From Neodothiora populina (lineage: Eukaryota): a stretch of 64,000 nucleotides of DNA. The DNA lies in assembly GCF_041146345.1 (NCBI RefSeq), contig NW_027191407.1:248001-312000 (forward strand), in the 5' to 3' direction. Every line of letters begins with the position of its first letter. The first letter of the stretch is position 1. Shown here piece by piece: positions 1-12,459 of this stretch. The translations under genes and the position numbers were made by a program. The notes below the pieces were generated by a model. It saw only the letters and a list, made by a program, of their open reading frames with translations. It was not told the origin of the DNA and did no database searches.

Positions 1-1267
1 CATGGTGTCGATGATATGCCTCTTCTTTGGCCTCAATCGGTGGACTTGAATTGAAAGGACACAGGAGCGTTGTGTGTCGAAGTTTTCAGAACACCATCAC
101 TACGCGCTAGCTAGCCATCGTCAGCTTATCCACAGCTCGTCGATAGGTTCGACTGCAACAAGCTGGCCCTTGACTCCGCTCGATCCCGAAGTAGAAACAA
201 CTCAGCCAACAGCCGCATACCCTTTAGAACTGCCCCTGGCGCACTCCAATCGACTCCCAGTACCCGAATCATCATCAATTCCGTCTCAAAAGAAGCATAC
301 AACGACATACTCGAGACGATACTCGACTGTGTGCGATTTCCAGCGACTGATTCGACCAACGAATCGAGGAGAGGACTACAGGCGGTAGCCATCGATCTCG
401 AGGTGCCGTATTGTGTGCAGCAAAGAATGGCGTCAACGAAGTCGAGTCTCAACGCCGACCTCCGTGAGACTCCACCTCTCACGTCACAAAGTCACTTCAC
501 AATGTCGCAGCTCTGACCTCGACAATGGACACAATACACAACTGAGAATGAGCCTATGCCTCAATCTTCCATCAATCTAAACAATTTCATTAACAAAAAG
601 TCTATATTCCACTCCTAAACCATCTTTAAACGCATCTCCAACACAAATATCAAAGAAACCATGATAAACCTATTTAGCGACCACAAGCAACACAAAGTGA
701 GGTGCGAATAGAGATAAGAATAAGAATTCCCTAGCGCTGACCTGCACCCCAGGTAATCAGGATTCTCGGGCCCACGCTAGTTTAAAAGGATGAAGATTTG
801 CGTCGCCCACCCCCTGAGAGCGTTCACTTAACTTAGCTGGTGGCTGTGCTGTGCTGTGCGGACCGGACCTGCGCTCCGGACTCCCCTGCTTGGCGGTGCG
901 TTATTGGGTTGCATACTCGCATTCGATTTTTGCAGCGACTGGCAGCGGGGAGCTCGCTCGCCTGGTGCGCGACTGCATGTGAAGTGCCAAGGCAAGGACT
1001 GCCAGGCCGCCGCGTCAGGCTGTAAGGCAGCCGGCTTAGACCGTGATGCAGCGGCGTCAGGCTTCGAAGAGCTCTTGCAAGATCAAGATGGGATATAGGC
1101 AGGATCGAGTATGGAATTGGTTCTATAATACCACAAAATTTCATCAAGACATAAATTGCGTATGTACTACTATCCTCAAATCCCATCGTTGGTATTCCTT
1201 CGACAGATAATGCCAACATCAATGTCCTTATAACGTTTTGTCCATCACTTTTGTTCTACGCAAGTAT

Positions 1268-3150
1268 TCATTGCCCATTGTCGGGAGGCACCTCCTCGTC
1301 CCACCATCTATCTACAGACTGGTCCACAGCACGCTCATCGAGCGCCATCAGTCGTCGCTCCCCACAGAACCCGCCTGGTTGAGCCGTGCGCTTCACACTC
1401 TCGAATCTACCCCTCAAGTTCCCTGTATGCATCCAGTCGTCGTCCTTGAATGTCCATAAACGATCAGTCACCTCCTCGCCCACCTCTTGTAGCCTACGTG
1501 GATTGTGTTGTGGATTTCCAGCAAGCCAGTCGTGTATGCGATGGAAGGGAATGGAGACACGCTCGAAGCGTCTGGCGAAGCGAAGGTGCTCGAGTGTCTG
1601 CCGATCGGGCGCTACTCTGATATAAGGGTTCATGTAGATCCCAGAATCTTCCGCTTCGCCAGCCTCTTTCTTGTTGTTCTCATCGCCCACACGGAACGCC
1701 AGGTCGGCGAGCGCAAGGCAACATTCGGATGCTTCCCAGTATGTGTCCGTGCTTACGCGAAAACGGACAGGCGATGTCGGTCGTGATGGTACAGCCGGGA
1801 TATGGCGATGCAGCTTCTGAGTCGACGTATCTGTGTCCAGGTGCCAATTGAGGTTCATGTCGACGTCGGGATGATAGTCGACGACGGAGGAGGACGTCGA
1901 TTTCACTCCGGTGATTGTCGTGGGCGTGTTCGAGGCGAGAGTAGATGGTGACATAACAGTTCCGTTGTGATCGTTTGCTGAATCTGGCGGAGGCATACTC
2001 TCGTCCACTCCATTGTGCTGAAACCATCTCCCTTCGAACGCCACCAGGCCTCCCCAGCAGCTACGCACTCGAACAGCATCGCGCTGGGCCACGATATCGG
2101 CTCTACTCGAAGCCTCGCCGGTGTAAGAGAACCAGGGAAACGCGGGTAAGCCTATAGGATAGCCTTCGATGTCTCTGGTGGCGAAAGCATTGGAGAACTC
2201 GAAGGAATTCACGAATTCCATCGCGCATGTCGCGTGGTATGTGGCCTTTCCAGTCTTGGAGTTGATGTTTGTAGAGAAAATCAAGTTGGCTGCGTCAATG
2301 GGATCGAATGCGATATCATCAATGAACAGGAATTTGTCGAATCTAGTCCTGTGAGCTATCGATTGCGCATCTTCAAGTGGCCGGAGTGCGCGATTGCGTA
2401 TCTCAGACATATATGCGGCGCGCTTGAGACGTTGCTTTCCGGAAGAAGTGGTCACATGGGCGATGGTGCTGGTGTCTACATGTTCTGTCACAACCGAGGA
2501 ACTGCCTATCCAAAGAGTCAGGTCAAGTCAAGTTGGGCGACCAGGGTGGACCAACAATTTACAGATTTTGCAAAATCTATGAGATTTTTGTCACTATAGT
2601 GACCGGGTTCGTTGATATAAACACTCAAGAAGACATTGTCGGGGCCGAGGATGCGAACCAGGTCGAGTAATTGCGTTCCCCATGGACCATTGGGCAGTTC
2701 TGCTTGAGGAAAGGGTACGGCGGCTGCAATGTAGATCTTTTCATTATCAAGATTAGCCTGTCCAGCTTGGCTCGCAGCGAGGACTCGTTCACGCAGAGTA
2801 GTGTAGTGAGCTGGCGGATGTGTATAAGATGGGAAGAATATCGCGATTATAGATATTATGAATATGGCCAGAATCGGCACCATAGCGATGAAAGTCCATA
2901 TCCCGATGCGATTGCGAGTCCACCGGCAATGTCGATGGTGGGGTTTTGGAGTATCGATAGTAGCATTGCCCAGTGCGCTGTAGCGTGCAGATCGAGTAGG
3001 AATCAAGCTTCTGATCCACTGTCCCAGTGCTTTTGGTATTGGCCCCTGAGTGGAAGAGAAGAGATGTTCCTGATCATCATTTGAGGTACGATGACCGTCA
3101 CCTCCCGAGGTCAACAACTCATACTCCTCTGGGTCTTGCGAAAGTGGCAT
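1268..3150 (-). CDS. Glycosyltransferase family 69 (CAP59/cryptococcal mannosyltransferase-like), type II membrane protein
   Basis: ATG at 3150 (MPLSQDPEEYELL) with a single TM segment. A GT-AG intron at 2506-2555 (CTGAC branch) joins the two ORFs in frame. Motifs LGPDNVFLSVY, RAAYMSEIRNRALRPL, FLFIDDIAF, VRVRSCWGGLVAF and WEASECCL are typical of CAP59_mtransfer. Confidence 0.85.
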
Positions 3151-3922
3151 ATTTTGCTCGAATGAGTTAAATCCATAGATCCACCGAGAGGCGGGCAGGA
3201 ATTTTGATTTGCATTGTTTCGCTGGTCTGATATCTTGCTTCTTTGAAATCAGGTTCAAAGCGATGCTCGAGAAGACGTTTATCAGATAGGATTAAGCTAT
3301 GCTGGGGTAATAGACGAACGATAGCCGACATGAAGTTGAACTAAGCTTTCTTCCCTGGACGTGGGTAACTGCGCAACATGCAGGTGCTCACGAAACGTGG
3401 GTGAGATGTGGTCCAAGCTCATATTCGCAGCACAGGCTCCTTCGCTTCCATATCAATGTCAAATTATTATCCTCAAGTAACTTGGTCTACTCGAGCCACT
3501 TTCTGTATATCTGGCGTCTCCTTCGAGAACGGCAATTACCACATATTTTGTACAACGTAACTCGAGATGGGTGAGATCGCAAGATGGGTATAAGAGCGAT
3601 GCAGTTCTGTCAAGTTATAGGAAACTTTGGCAAATCGAGTAATCATATAAGCCTCTGACTCGGCTCGAACCCTACCTGTCTTGTGTACTGTATACAGCAA
3701 AAGACATAGGTTTGGATACTCTCACTATAATGATTACAAGCAAGCCCAAGACATGTTGACCTCCGGATTCCCCGAAGCAAAAGTCTTGGCGATTGTTTGA
3801 CATGTTTGCTCTCGAATATTTGTCGAGCCGAGCATCGTCGACCAACAGCGACGACGGCGTGTCCAAAGACAGTAAAGCAAACCACCAAAACTCAACACTG
3901 CCTGGCGACAATACCACCGAAA

Positions 3923-5450
3923 ATGACCAATTCGATATGTTTAAGATGCCTCTCGAGGCCACTTGCTCAGATTGAGCAAGGTGTCGCACGTCCGGCCCTC
4001 AGCTCTTTGGCAATCTCATCGCAAGCATCCTACTTTTCCACATCGGCACCCCTCGCAGCAAACCCACCAAAGAAGAAGGGAGCAGTGGTAGCATCAAAAA
4101 AGGGAGGACAATCTTTCGCCAAGCAGGGAAGAGTCGGCGGCGGCAAAGGTGGAGCTCGTGCATCCGGCGGCAAGGGCCCGGATGGAGGCGAGAGAAAGGC
4201 ATTGCGAAAGAGAGTCGTCTTGAGCAATACCAATGCTCTCGAGGTTCAAGACATGGCCGACTTCAGCGCCGCGAAGCTTCCTGTCGATCCAAGTCAATTG
4301 GGCCAAGTCTTGGGTCTTCCCTTTGAGACAGTGGATGCATTGAGAGCCAACGAGGCATTCAAGCCCACTCAAGGCTGGAAACTCTTCAGACGACCTGCCA
4401 CTCTTGTCAGGAAAGAGACGATCGAAGTTAGCAATCTGCTGCAAGAGGCTGAGAAGGAACAGAAGTCGATCAGGCGAGTCATCTATGGAGAGCGAGGATC
4501 TGGAAAGAGTGTTTTGCTCTTGCAGGCCATGGCCATTGCTCACCTCAAGAACTGGCTCGTTATCCACATTCCCGAAGGTATGTTTTATTTTTCTTCCTAT
4601 TCTGCCCTCTACTCTTGCCGAGAGGATGATCAATAGAGGGCAAGGATAAACGGAACAAAATTAACAATCAGCAGCTCAAGAACTCATCATCGGCCACACC
4701 TCCTACATCCCCAACACCAGCGGAGACGTGACGACCTACATCCAGCCTCAATACACCGCCCAAATACTCGGCGCAATCGGCAAAGCAAACTACGCTGTCC
4801 TCTCTAAGCTACAATTGTCCCAAAAACACGATCTACCGATCCCCGTCCAAGAAAACATTTCTCTGGCCCGCTTCTGCGAGCTCGGCGCTCGCGACCCTGA
4901 CCTGGCCTGGCCCTTTTACCTTGCATTCTGGAAAGAGATCACCGGCGCCGGTCGTCCACCAATTTGTTTCGCCGTCGACGGCGTTAACCACATCATGAAG
5001 GAATCCGCGTACCTCGACGCCGACCTGAGCAAAGTCCATTCCCATGACCTCGCTATAGTGCAGCACTTCAACGCTTTGCTTTCGGGCAAGCAATCCCTTG
5101 CGAATGGCGGGCTCGTCCTCGCCGCAGACGCTGGATCCAACCGCCCCGCCGTGCCCGCCTTTGACTTTGCCATCTCCAAGACTCAGGCTGCGCAGGACTC
5201 TAAGGATGCGCCCACATGGGATCCATATGTGCAGGTCGACAGACGTGTTCTGGACGTCATGCAGAACGTTCCTGTGACCCGGCTCGAGGGTCTAAGTAGG
5301 GATGAGGCCAAGGGCATCATGGAGTACTATGCCAAGAGCGGCATGCTGAGATCCACGGTCAACGATCGCTTGTTGGGCGAGAAGTGGACTCTCAGTGGAG
5401 GTGGTATCATCGGGGCTTTCGAGAAGGCTAGCGTCATGTTGAGAGTGTAA
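3923..5450 (+). CDS. RSM23: Mitochondrial ribosomal small subunit protein mS29 (DAP3/Rsm23)
   Basis: Presequence-like MTNSICLRCLSR; ERKALRKRVVLSNTNA; AFKPTQGWKLFRRPATLVR; P-loop GERGSGKS; C-terminal EKWTLSGGGIIG. Intron 4578-4674. Confidence 0.92.
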
Positions 5451-5989
5451 GTGGAGGTGGTGCCTGTCTACTCCAGGCGCGTCGACAGCAAGTGGCTTGT
5501 GTGGAAGCAAATCACTTCTGTCCCCACCACTGAGCTCTTTTTCTTTGCCGTATGTTATGTATGTTACTATCAGGTAAGTGTTTCGATAGATCTTAAGAAG
5601 AAATCGAAATCTAGAAACTGCACAATGGTTCTCGTTCTACTACATGTACCGCAGTGGCATTAGCAGACCCGGACATTACACATCGACCAAGACTCCTGTA
5701 GATTTCATCGACAAATACATCAATACACCGCAGGGGAAGACTGAAGAAGTGGGTCCAAGAAACGCCTATCGTGCGAGGGCTATGGTCATGCGCCCTAGCC
5801 TAGAATACGCCACAGATAGTCTATACCATTGAATTTTCCAATGTCAGCTCGATATAAATTTCAGCACAGAGAAAGCTTGAGCCAAGCCCCGTGACGTAAG
5901 AACTATATTTTCTATTATTTTTCCCCATGAACAAACAATAGACCAGCCTTTGAACAATCAGACTCCATGTCATAACCACACACCCAGCC

Positions 5990-7367
5990 ATGTTCGACAC
6001 ATTATGCACGCTCCCGCTGTCGTCGGAGCTATTCTCCCACGCCATCCACCCCAATGAGCCTGTTCTAGCCGTGGGCCTTTCCTCGGGCCATGTCGCATCG
6101 CTGCGCCTACCCGCAGAGCCACACGAGCCCGGCGCGGACGACGACGACGACGACGAGGATGACGAGGACTCTTCTTCTCCCAATGGACTGGGATACATCG
6201 ACACTGCCTGGCGCACTCGACGACACAAGGGCAGCTGTCGGAGTTTGGCTTTTGCACATGATGGAACCGCTCTGTTTAGCGCGGGCACGGATGGGATTGT
6301 CAAGACTGCAGATGCTGAGACGGGGCGCGTGGTCAGTAAGATTGCCGTGCCATTGGATCCGTAAGTTGGATTTTGTATTCATATGCATTGCTGCCCCTGT
6401 GGTGCTGACATGGCTGTGACCCAGGTCCACAGGCGAAGTCGACGAGCCTTCTCTGCTCCACGTCCTCGGTCCACAGACCCTTCTGCTAGCGACAGACTCC
6501 TCTGCTCTGCATCTATATGACATGCGCATCAGCGGCCAGACATCCACGTCGACAAAGTTCACATCTTCGAAGCCACAGCAGACGCATCATCCCCACGCCG
6601 ACTACATTACCTCTCTGACACCTTTACCGCCGTCCGAAGCGAGTACTTCTGGCTTCAGCAAACAATGGGTCAGCACGGGCGACACGACCCTCGCGGTGAC
6701 TGATCTGCGACGAGGAGTCTTGGTCCGAAGCGAGGATCAAGAAGAGATATTGCTATCGTCGTGTTTCGTCTCCGGGCTGCCTGCTCGCAAGGGGGGCACC
6801 TCCAAGGGCGAGAAGTTGATTGTAGGAGGCGGAGACGGCGTGCTGACATTATGGGAGAAGGGCGTGTGGGACGACCAGGACGAGAGAATCATAGTCGATC
6901 GATCAGCCGGTGGAGGAGAGAGTCTGGACGCGCTCAAGATGCTGCCAGACGGTGTGGGCCCCGGCGGGAAGGTTGTCGCTGTCGGTATGGGCAGTGGTCA
7001 GGTCAGGTTCGTGAAGCTCGGCATGAACAAGGTCATTGGCGAGATTCAGCACGACGAGGTCGAGGGAGTCATCAGTCTCGATTTCGACGTCGGTGGCAGG
7101 CTTGTCACTGGTGGAGGCAGCACGATCAAGGTCTGGCATGAGAAGGTCGACGAGGACAACGGAGGCTACGTCGACGGCAAGATGAAGAGGAGCCATGGGA
7201 TCGACAGTGATGAGGACGAAAAATCAGATGGTTCAGATGACTCGGCTGCCGAAGATAGCAGTGATGACGAGGGCGATCGCAAGAGGCGCAAGAAGAGGAA
7301 GAGAGGCAAGGGCAAGGAGAAGACGGTCGTCAAAGATACCAACTTTGCCTTCACCGGAATGGACTGA
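5990..7367 (+). CDS. JIP5: WD40-repeat protein Jip5/WDR55 (ribosome biogenesis)
   Basis: [36 protein letters not shown], acidic/basic tail. Intron 6361-6424 (GTAAGT...CTGAC...CAG). Confidence 0.9.
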
Positions 7368-7878
7368 GAGTCGACCACGACAATCGAACCCTTTTTGTCC
7401 AACTGAACATGGATCCCATATCAGACCGTGAATTGATCTCAGATCTCCCATCTGAACGTTTGGGAAGGGGTCGCGATGGCGTCACCAGACTTGATCAAGA
7501 AACGAGGAAATGAGAAACGTGTCTATATAAATCCTTGCATTATGCATCTGTAAGGGTGACATGCGATCCATGATTTACTCCAAGTGATGGAATTTGTGTA
7601 GAACGACGGAGGTGGACTCAGCCGACCTCCCTGGTTATCGCATTAGTATTGGGTATCTGGCGCACAAGCGAAGAGCGTATCATTCGTACCCTGCGTAAAT
7701 TGTCCTCGAGACTTGGGCACTCCACAGCCAGATGCGTTGTGGCATGTCTCAGTGGCCAGAACAGTCCAGCCTCCGTGACGGGATAGTCTACCAGATCCTC
7801 TTGGGCGTCCACGTCCATAACCGTATCGAGTCATCCATCGATAGGGGAAAATCCGTATTTCCAAACCAGCCGTCTGTT

Positions 7879-8835
7879 TCATCCTCCGCTGAGCGTCCGT
7901 AACCTGACCAGCATCTCCTCAGCAGCCTGTTCGATCCTGTGCTTCTCGCCAGGATTCATCTTGCTCAGAACATAATTCGCCACATCGCTCGGCGCTCTAC
8001 TGAACGGCCTTCCAATGCCCACACCCACGCGCACAAAGTCCGTCTTTCCAATACTCTTCAAAATACTCTTGATGCCATTATGCCCTCGCGCGCTCAGACC
8101 CTGACCCTCACGCACACTGACTGCGCCGAGCGGCTTCTCCAGCTCATCATGCAGAATCACCAGTCGTCCTTCGGCGCGCTCGGGCCCCAGCGTCTTCATC
8201 CACGTCTGATAGACCTGCGAGATGGGCTTTCCGGACTCGTTCATATACGACGGCGACTGGTAGAGCGTCCACAGCGGCTGCGCTGAGGACAAACTCGGGT
8301 GCGACACGGCGCCTCTGGCCCATTTGGTGTCTTTCACGAACGGCGAGGCTTGGATGTAGGTTGCTAGCGAGGCTATGGCCGTGTGGCCCGCTGAGTGGAG
8401 AGTGTTTGAGTATGCGGAGCCTGGGTTGCCGATGCTGCAGATCAGGAGCGGGATTGGTGCCAGAGGCGGCATGTTGGTGTTGTTGCTGTTGTCTTCTAGC
8501 GGAGAAGACTCCTGTGACTCGGTTTGGGTTTTCTTCTTCTGCTGTTTCTTCTTCTTGAGTGTCGGAGATGGTGGTAAGGCCGTCCAGGCAGCCAGTTCTA
8601 GCTCGTCTTCGAATACTGCGTCGCTTTCTTCGCCGCTTGTCTCTATTGTGGCCGCCTCTGCGCTCGCCGTTATGCGACTGCTATCGTCAATATGCCCCGT
8701 CGGTTCAGACACGCATAATAGTGGTGGTGGTAATGCTGCTGTACTCGTGCTCGTCGGACTGAGTAATTGTGCTGCTGGAAATACCTCGGGTATAGCGTCG
8801 TTGTAGTTGTCGGGGATCGGCTTCGCGCTATTCAT
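7879..8835 (-). CDS. PTH1: Peptidyl-tRNA hydrolase (Pth1, bacterial type); start uncertain (8835 or 8472)
   Basis: SIGNPG, YMNESG, LVILHDELE, SARGHNGIKSI and RVGVGIGRP motifs; intronless. Confidence 0.9.
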   Translation of the reverse strand: MNSAKPIPDNYNDAIPEVFPAAQLLSPTSTSTAALPPPLLCVSEPTGHIDDSSRITASAEAATIETSGEESDAVFEDELELAAWTALPPSPTLKKKKQQKKKTQTESQESSPLEDNSNNTNMPPLAPIPLLICSIGNPGSAYSNTLHSAGHTAIASLATYIQASPFVKDTKWARGAVSHPSLSSAQPLWTLYQSPSYMNESGKPISQVYQTWMKTLGPERAEGRLVILHDELEKPLGAVSVREGQGLSARGHNGIKSILKSIGKTDFVRVGVGIGRPFSRAPSDVANYVLSKMNPGEKHRIEQAAEEMLVRLRTLSGG

Positions 8836-10227
8836 GTTCGCCGAGTGATGCGACGAAAGGTAAGACGACTCTGGTTGTCGAGTTGAAATTGCCGGTACTA
8901 TTATTATTTTTTGGAGCGATATGAAAGTCATACCAGCGACTTCTTCAGCAAAGAAAATAAGGGTTCGCGCTGCCGCGGTGATTCATGCGATCGTATGGAT
9001 AAGATATAACTTTTCTATGTTGTCTGCGACGATGACGCAGAGAGGCTGGTTCACCTCAGACTTTCCTCGCGCGCGCGGTGTCTCAAATCGGCGAACGCCT
9101 GCCTTGCCTGCTTGTCCATGTCATCTTACTGATAACGTACCTTGCTATACATGTCTCATATGTGGCCGTCGAGTACTTCACTTAAAAAAGACGGGAGAAG
9201 TAAGTACTACATACTGACTTGGTCGACCAGATGATAGGAAAATTAATCAGAAGTGAGAGAAGATGATCTTGTCATTGCTGTCGGCGCAAGCATGAATGAG
9301 GATCGGTCGCAACGCCGCAGAAGCATCGCAAGGTTGATGGACAGGGTCGCTGTCTTCTCGGCAGTATCCATCTGGCGCGTGTGTTCGGTCAATGCTTCAG
9401 GTTGGTACAGGATGTCGTAGATTTTCTGATCATAGCTGGTGGGAAGAAGCCTATTAATTTTCATCATTTTCGACGTATGTAGAGTAAAGATGAGAGTGAT
9501 GGTAAGCCAATGGAGATGTACATGACTTGTTCTATAATTCCGAGACTCCTTCGACACTTAAAGACGAGCAATTTCAAGAATACACTATTTACTCGGTGGA
9601 TCTAGTACACAATACTGAATGGTATGGTGTGATGGTTCTTCATTCTCATCCATGAGGATCTATCGAAATTCTCACAGTAGCTAGACTTTGACTCTATAAT
9701 TGCCACTCGCTGAACCAGGTAGCTAATATGCGTAAAGGTTGCAAGTAGAATTTGTTGACACCCTCATCAGTAACAGCTCCCTCTCGGAAGTTGGTTTTGC
9801 AGCCATCGCATTGCTCTTCAAGATGTACTCATAGCCCCTGGGCAGGAGTCATGATCTCTCACAGAAACAAGAGTAAGATCAAAGTAACTCGCGAGGACAA
9901 GATCATTGGTGCGACGGAAACAGACCGATCAACCCGTCCTACGCAAGCTCATTGTAGATTAGATGAGTCCAGAAGCATGCGTACTCCTGAAAAGGTAGAG
10001 ATCTGTGAAGAACGGCTCGGGATTCTTGCTTTTCGGACGGTTCTTGAGAGCCTCGATTTGAACTTCCAGCGTCGTGGTTCCGTGCCCGTGCAGATGGAGG
10101 CAAATTCGAGAAGTTGGCGGATGCTCGTTCTCGCCTCGGATGACCTAGCATCGATCGAGCAGTGCTGGATCAGTGCTGCGTGCAAGTAATGTTGACATTT
10201 CATCGTTTTCTTGAGACAAAAAGTGCT

Positions 10228-10956
10228 TCAAGTACCCCCCAATATCTTCTTGGCCAGCTTCTTCTGCGCCGTGACATCCAGACGTCTCTCGTCCGTCTCC
10301 CTGAGTAATGTGCCGATCTTGACAACCTCTCCAACGCTGGCAGCATCGACCCAGACTCTTCCATTGCGGCCAACGGCAACTTCGAACCTGACTCTCTCAC
10401 CAATCTCTTCCAGTAAAACAACACCGCCCTTGCCGGCGCCCATCATCAGTCTTCGGGCGAATGCATTGGAGACTTCGAACATCATGCCTCCCTTCAGTGG
10501 ACCCATGCCGTCACTCTTGCCTGTGCTGGGATTCACGCACTCGATCTCCACGTCCGACCACTTGTCGGCCTTTGCCACTCGCGCATAAACCAAATTTCCA
10601 GGGTTCAGTTGCGGTCTCGTCTTCTTTGTGGCGCCCTCGAAGCTCAATTGACCTAGCAGGACGAGCGGAGTGTGCGGCGTGAGTGAGCAGTGGTATGTGT
10701 CTGTACTGCTGTGGTGGACGGTGGCGATGACGAGATCGCCGACCGAGGGAAGGTAACGTCCGTTGCTTAATGCTTCGATCCACACTGCGTTCTTGCGAGT
10801 GTCGGTGCATAATTCGCCGGCAACGGTCGTGGTGATTGTGCTGGGAGGTGTGTAGCGGAGGCCAGGGCCGAGTGTGAGGGTTCGAGAAGTCGTGCTCTGC
10901 GGTAATTGACTGGGGAGGAGCTCTTGTCCCGGTAGGAGTACTGTCGGCGAGGCCAT
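10228..10956 (-). CDS. RRP40: Exosome complex component Rrp40
   Basis: RYLPSVGDLVIA, LSFEGATKKTRPQL, GNLVYARV, FEVAVGRNGRVWV. Confidence 0.95.
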   Translation of the reverse strand: MASPTVLLPGQELLPSQLPQSTTSRTLTLGPGLRYTPPSTITTTVAGELCTDTRKNAVWIEALSNGRYLPSVGDLVIATVHHSSTDTYHCSLTPHTPLVLLGQLSFEGATKKTRPQLNPGNLVYARVAKADKWSDVEIECVNPSTGKSDGMGPLKGGMMFEVSNAFARRLMMGAGKGGVVLLEEIGERVRFEVAVGRNGRVWVDAASVGEVVKIGTLLRETDERRLDVTAQKKLAKKILGGT

Positions 10957-11092
10957 GATGGGAAGGATGTGTGTTTAGTTGCAGTTGAGAATGATGCGTG
11001 TGTCAGTATCATGTGTGATCGTCTGCTGTGGCTGATGACATTCACAGCACAATTTCGAGAAATGCGATGCAATCGACCCAAAAAGATCAGAT

Positions 11093-11129
11093 GCGATAAG
11101 ATAAGATGCCGGACAGATAAGAAAAATAT
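11093..11129. promoter_or_regulatory. GATAAG cluster (GCGATAAGATAAG...GATAAG-AAAAATAT) in the RRP40/CBP3 divergent promoter
   Basis: Three GATAAG copies within 30 bp. The same CGATAAGATAAG occurs at 50080-50091. Confidence 0.5.
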
Positions 11130-11290
11130 CGAGCGTCATGACATCTACGACAACTCTAGTGCTTCATTACTCCCCTCTGCTCCCTCAGGCACAACATCAT
11201 CTAAGCGCAACCAAACAATTGATTACCTTGATCATCGTGATATACTGGAACAACAATTGAACCATATTCTGGCTCATTGAGAAATCAGTC

Positions 11291-12459
11291 ATGTCGTCCA
11301 ACTCAATATGCACCTCGTGCCTGCGCATCCTTAGGCAAAGCGGAAGAAAGGACGCAGTTCAGGTCAGTTTCACTCGCTCGCGTTGACAAACACGATGGCA
11401 AAATCAGTCGAATCGTATATACTACCACGTCAATTGCATACTAATATCTGTTGTAATACAGGGTTTTTCTTCTCGCAATGCCTCGATTGCCGCCCTCCAC
11501 CAGCGCTCCTTCAGCACCACACCAAAGTCAGCAATTCGCATGACCATTGAGGACATTCGCGAGCAATCACCCACCGGTACTTCACCCACAGCTCGTACAC
11601 GGACAGCCTCGGAAGATCCCAATGACATCTCGGCCATGCAAAAGTTCGCCCAGCGCATTCGTGCCCAGAAGACAATGCGGGCGACGACGGAACCATACGT
11701 CGCCTACGGTGCCACCGAGGATCTGTTCAGCAAGTGCGCCGTGGCTGGAGATTACACAATTCCAGCAGTCAAAGCTGGCGAGGAGCCGCCTAGGACTGCG
11801 AAGGGAGAGGATCTGGGTGTCGGCACCGGATGGTGGTATGATGGTACGTCCTGACACTACTAAGACTTTGCATTTATGCTTTCACATAAGCCGCGACTGA
11901 CATTTTGACCCGCCAACTAGAACTGAAGCTGAAGCCGACATTCAACACCTGGGCGCAAGTCACTTTCGTCCACATGTATCTCCTTACTGCACGTCTACGA
12001 CAGTTCCCTGCCGCACATGCTCCAACTTGGCATCAAAATCTCCTCGACCACTTTTTCTACGCAGCCGAAGACCGCATGGCCGTCTACCATGGCATGTCAG
12101 CTCGCAGCATCCGCAATCGCTACCTCAAAGATCTTTTCGTGCAGTGGAGAGGTGTCTTGACTGCCTACGACGAGGGTATCATCAAGGGAGATGCCGTTCT
12201 CGCCACCGCAGTGTGGAGGAACATTTTCGGCGGTGAGGACAATGTCGACGCCGAGCATATCGCCCACGTGGTCGCATGGTTCAGACGAAGCCTGAGAGAC
12301 TTGGATCAGATGCAGGATGCCGAGATTGCCAGTGGAGAAATCAGCTTTCAGGATCCGGTCAAAACTCTCGCCATTGTCGGTCGCGAGAGTAAGCTACTGA
12401 AGACGGCGTTCCAGGAGGCAGACCTGGTTATTGAAGATGCAAGCGAGTCAAAGAAATGA
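11291..12459 (+). CDS. CBP3: Ubiquinol-cytochrome c reductase (complex III) chaperone Cbp3
   Basis: Presequence MSSNSICTSCLRIL; PTFNTWAQVTFVHMYLL; LKDLFVQWRG; YDEGIIKGDAVLATAVWRN. Introns 11363-11461 and 11844-11920. Confidence 0.93.

Noticed and set aside
835..1080. GC-rich stretch with short repeats (GCTGT x3, GCGTCAGGCT x2) as an LTR or ncRNA
   Set aside because: No terminal repeats, TSD, second copy or recognisable RNA motif in the window.
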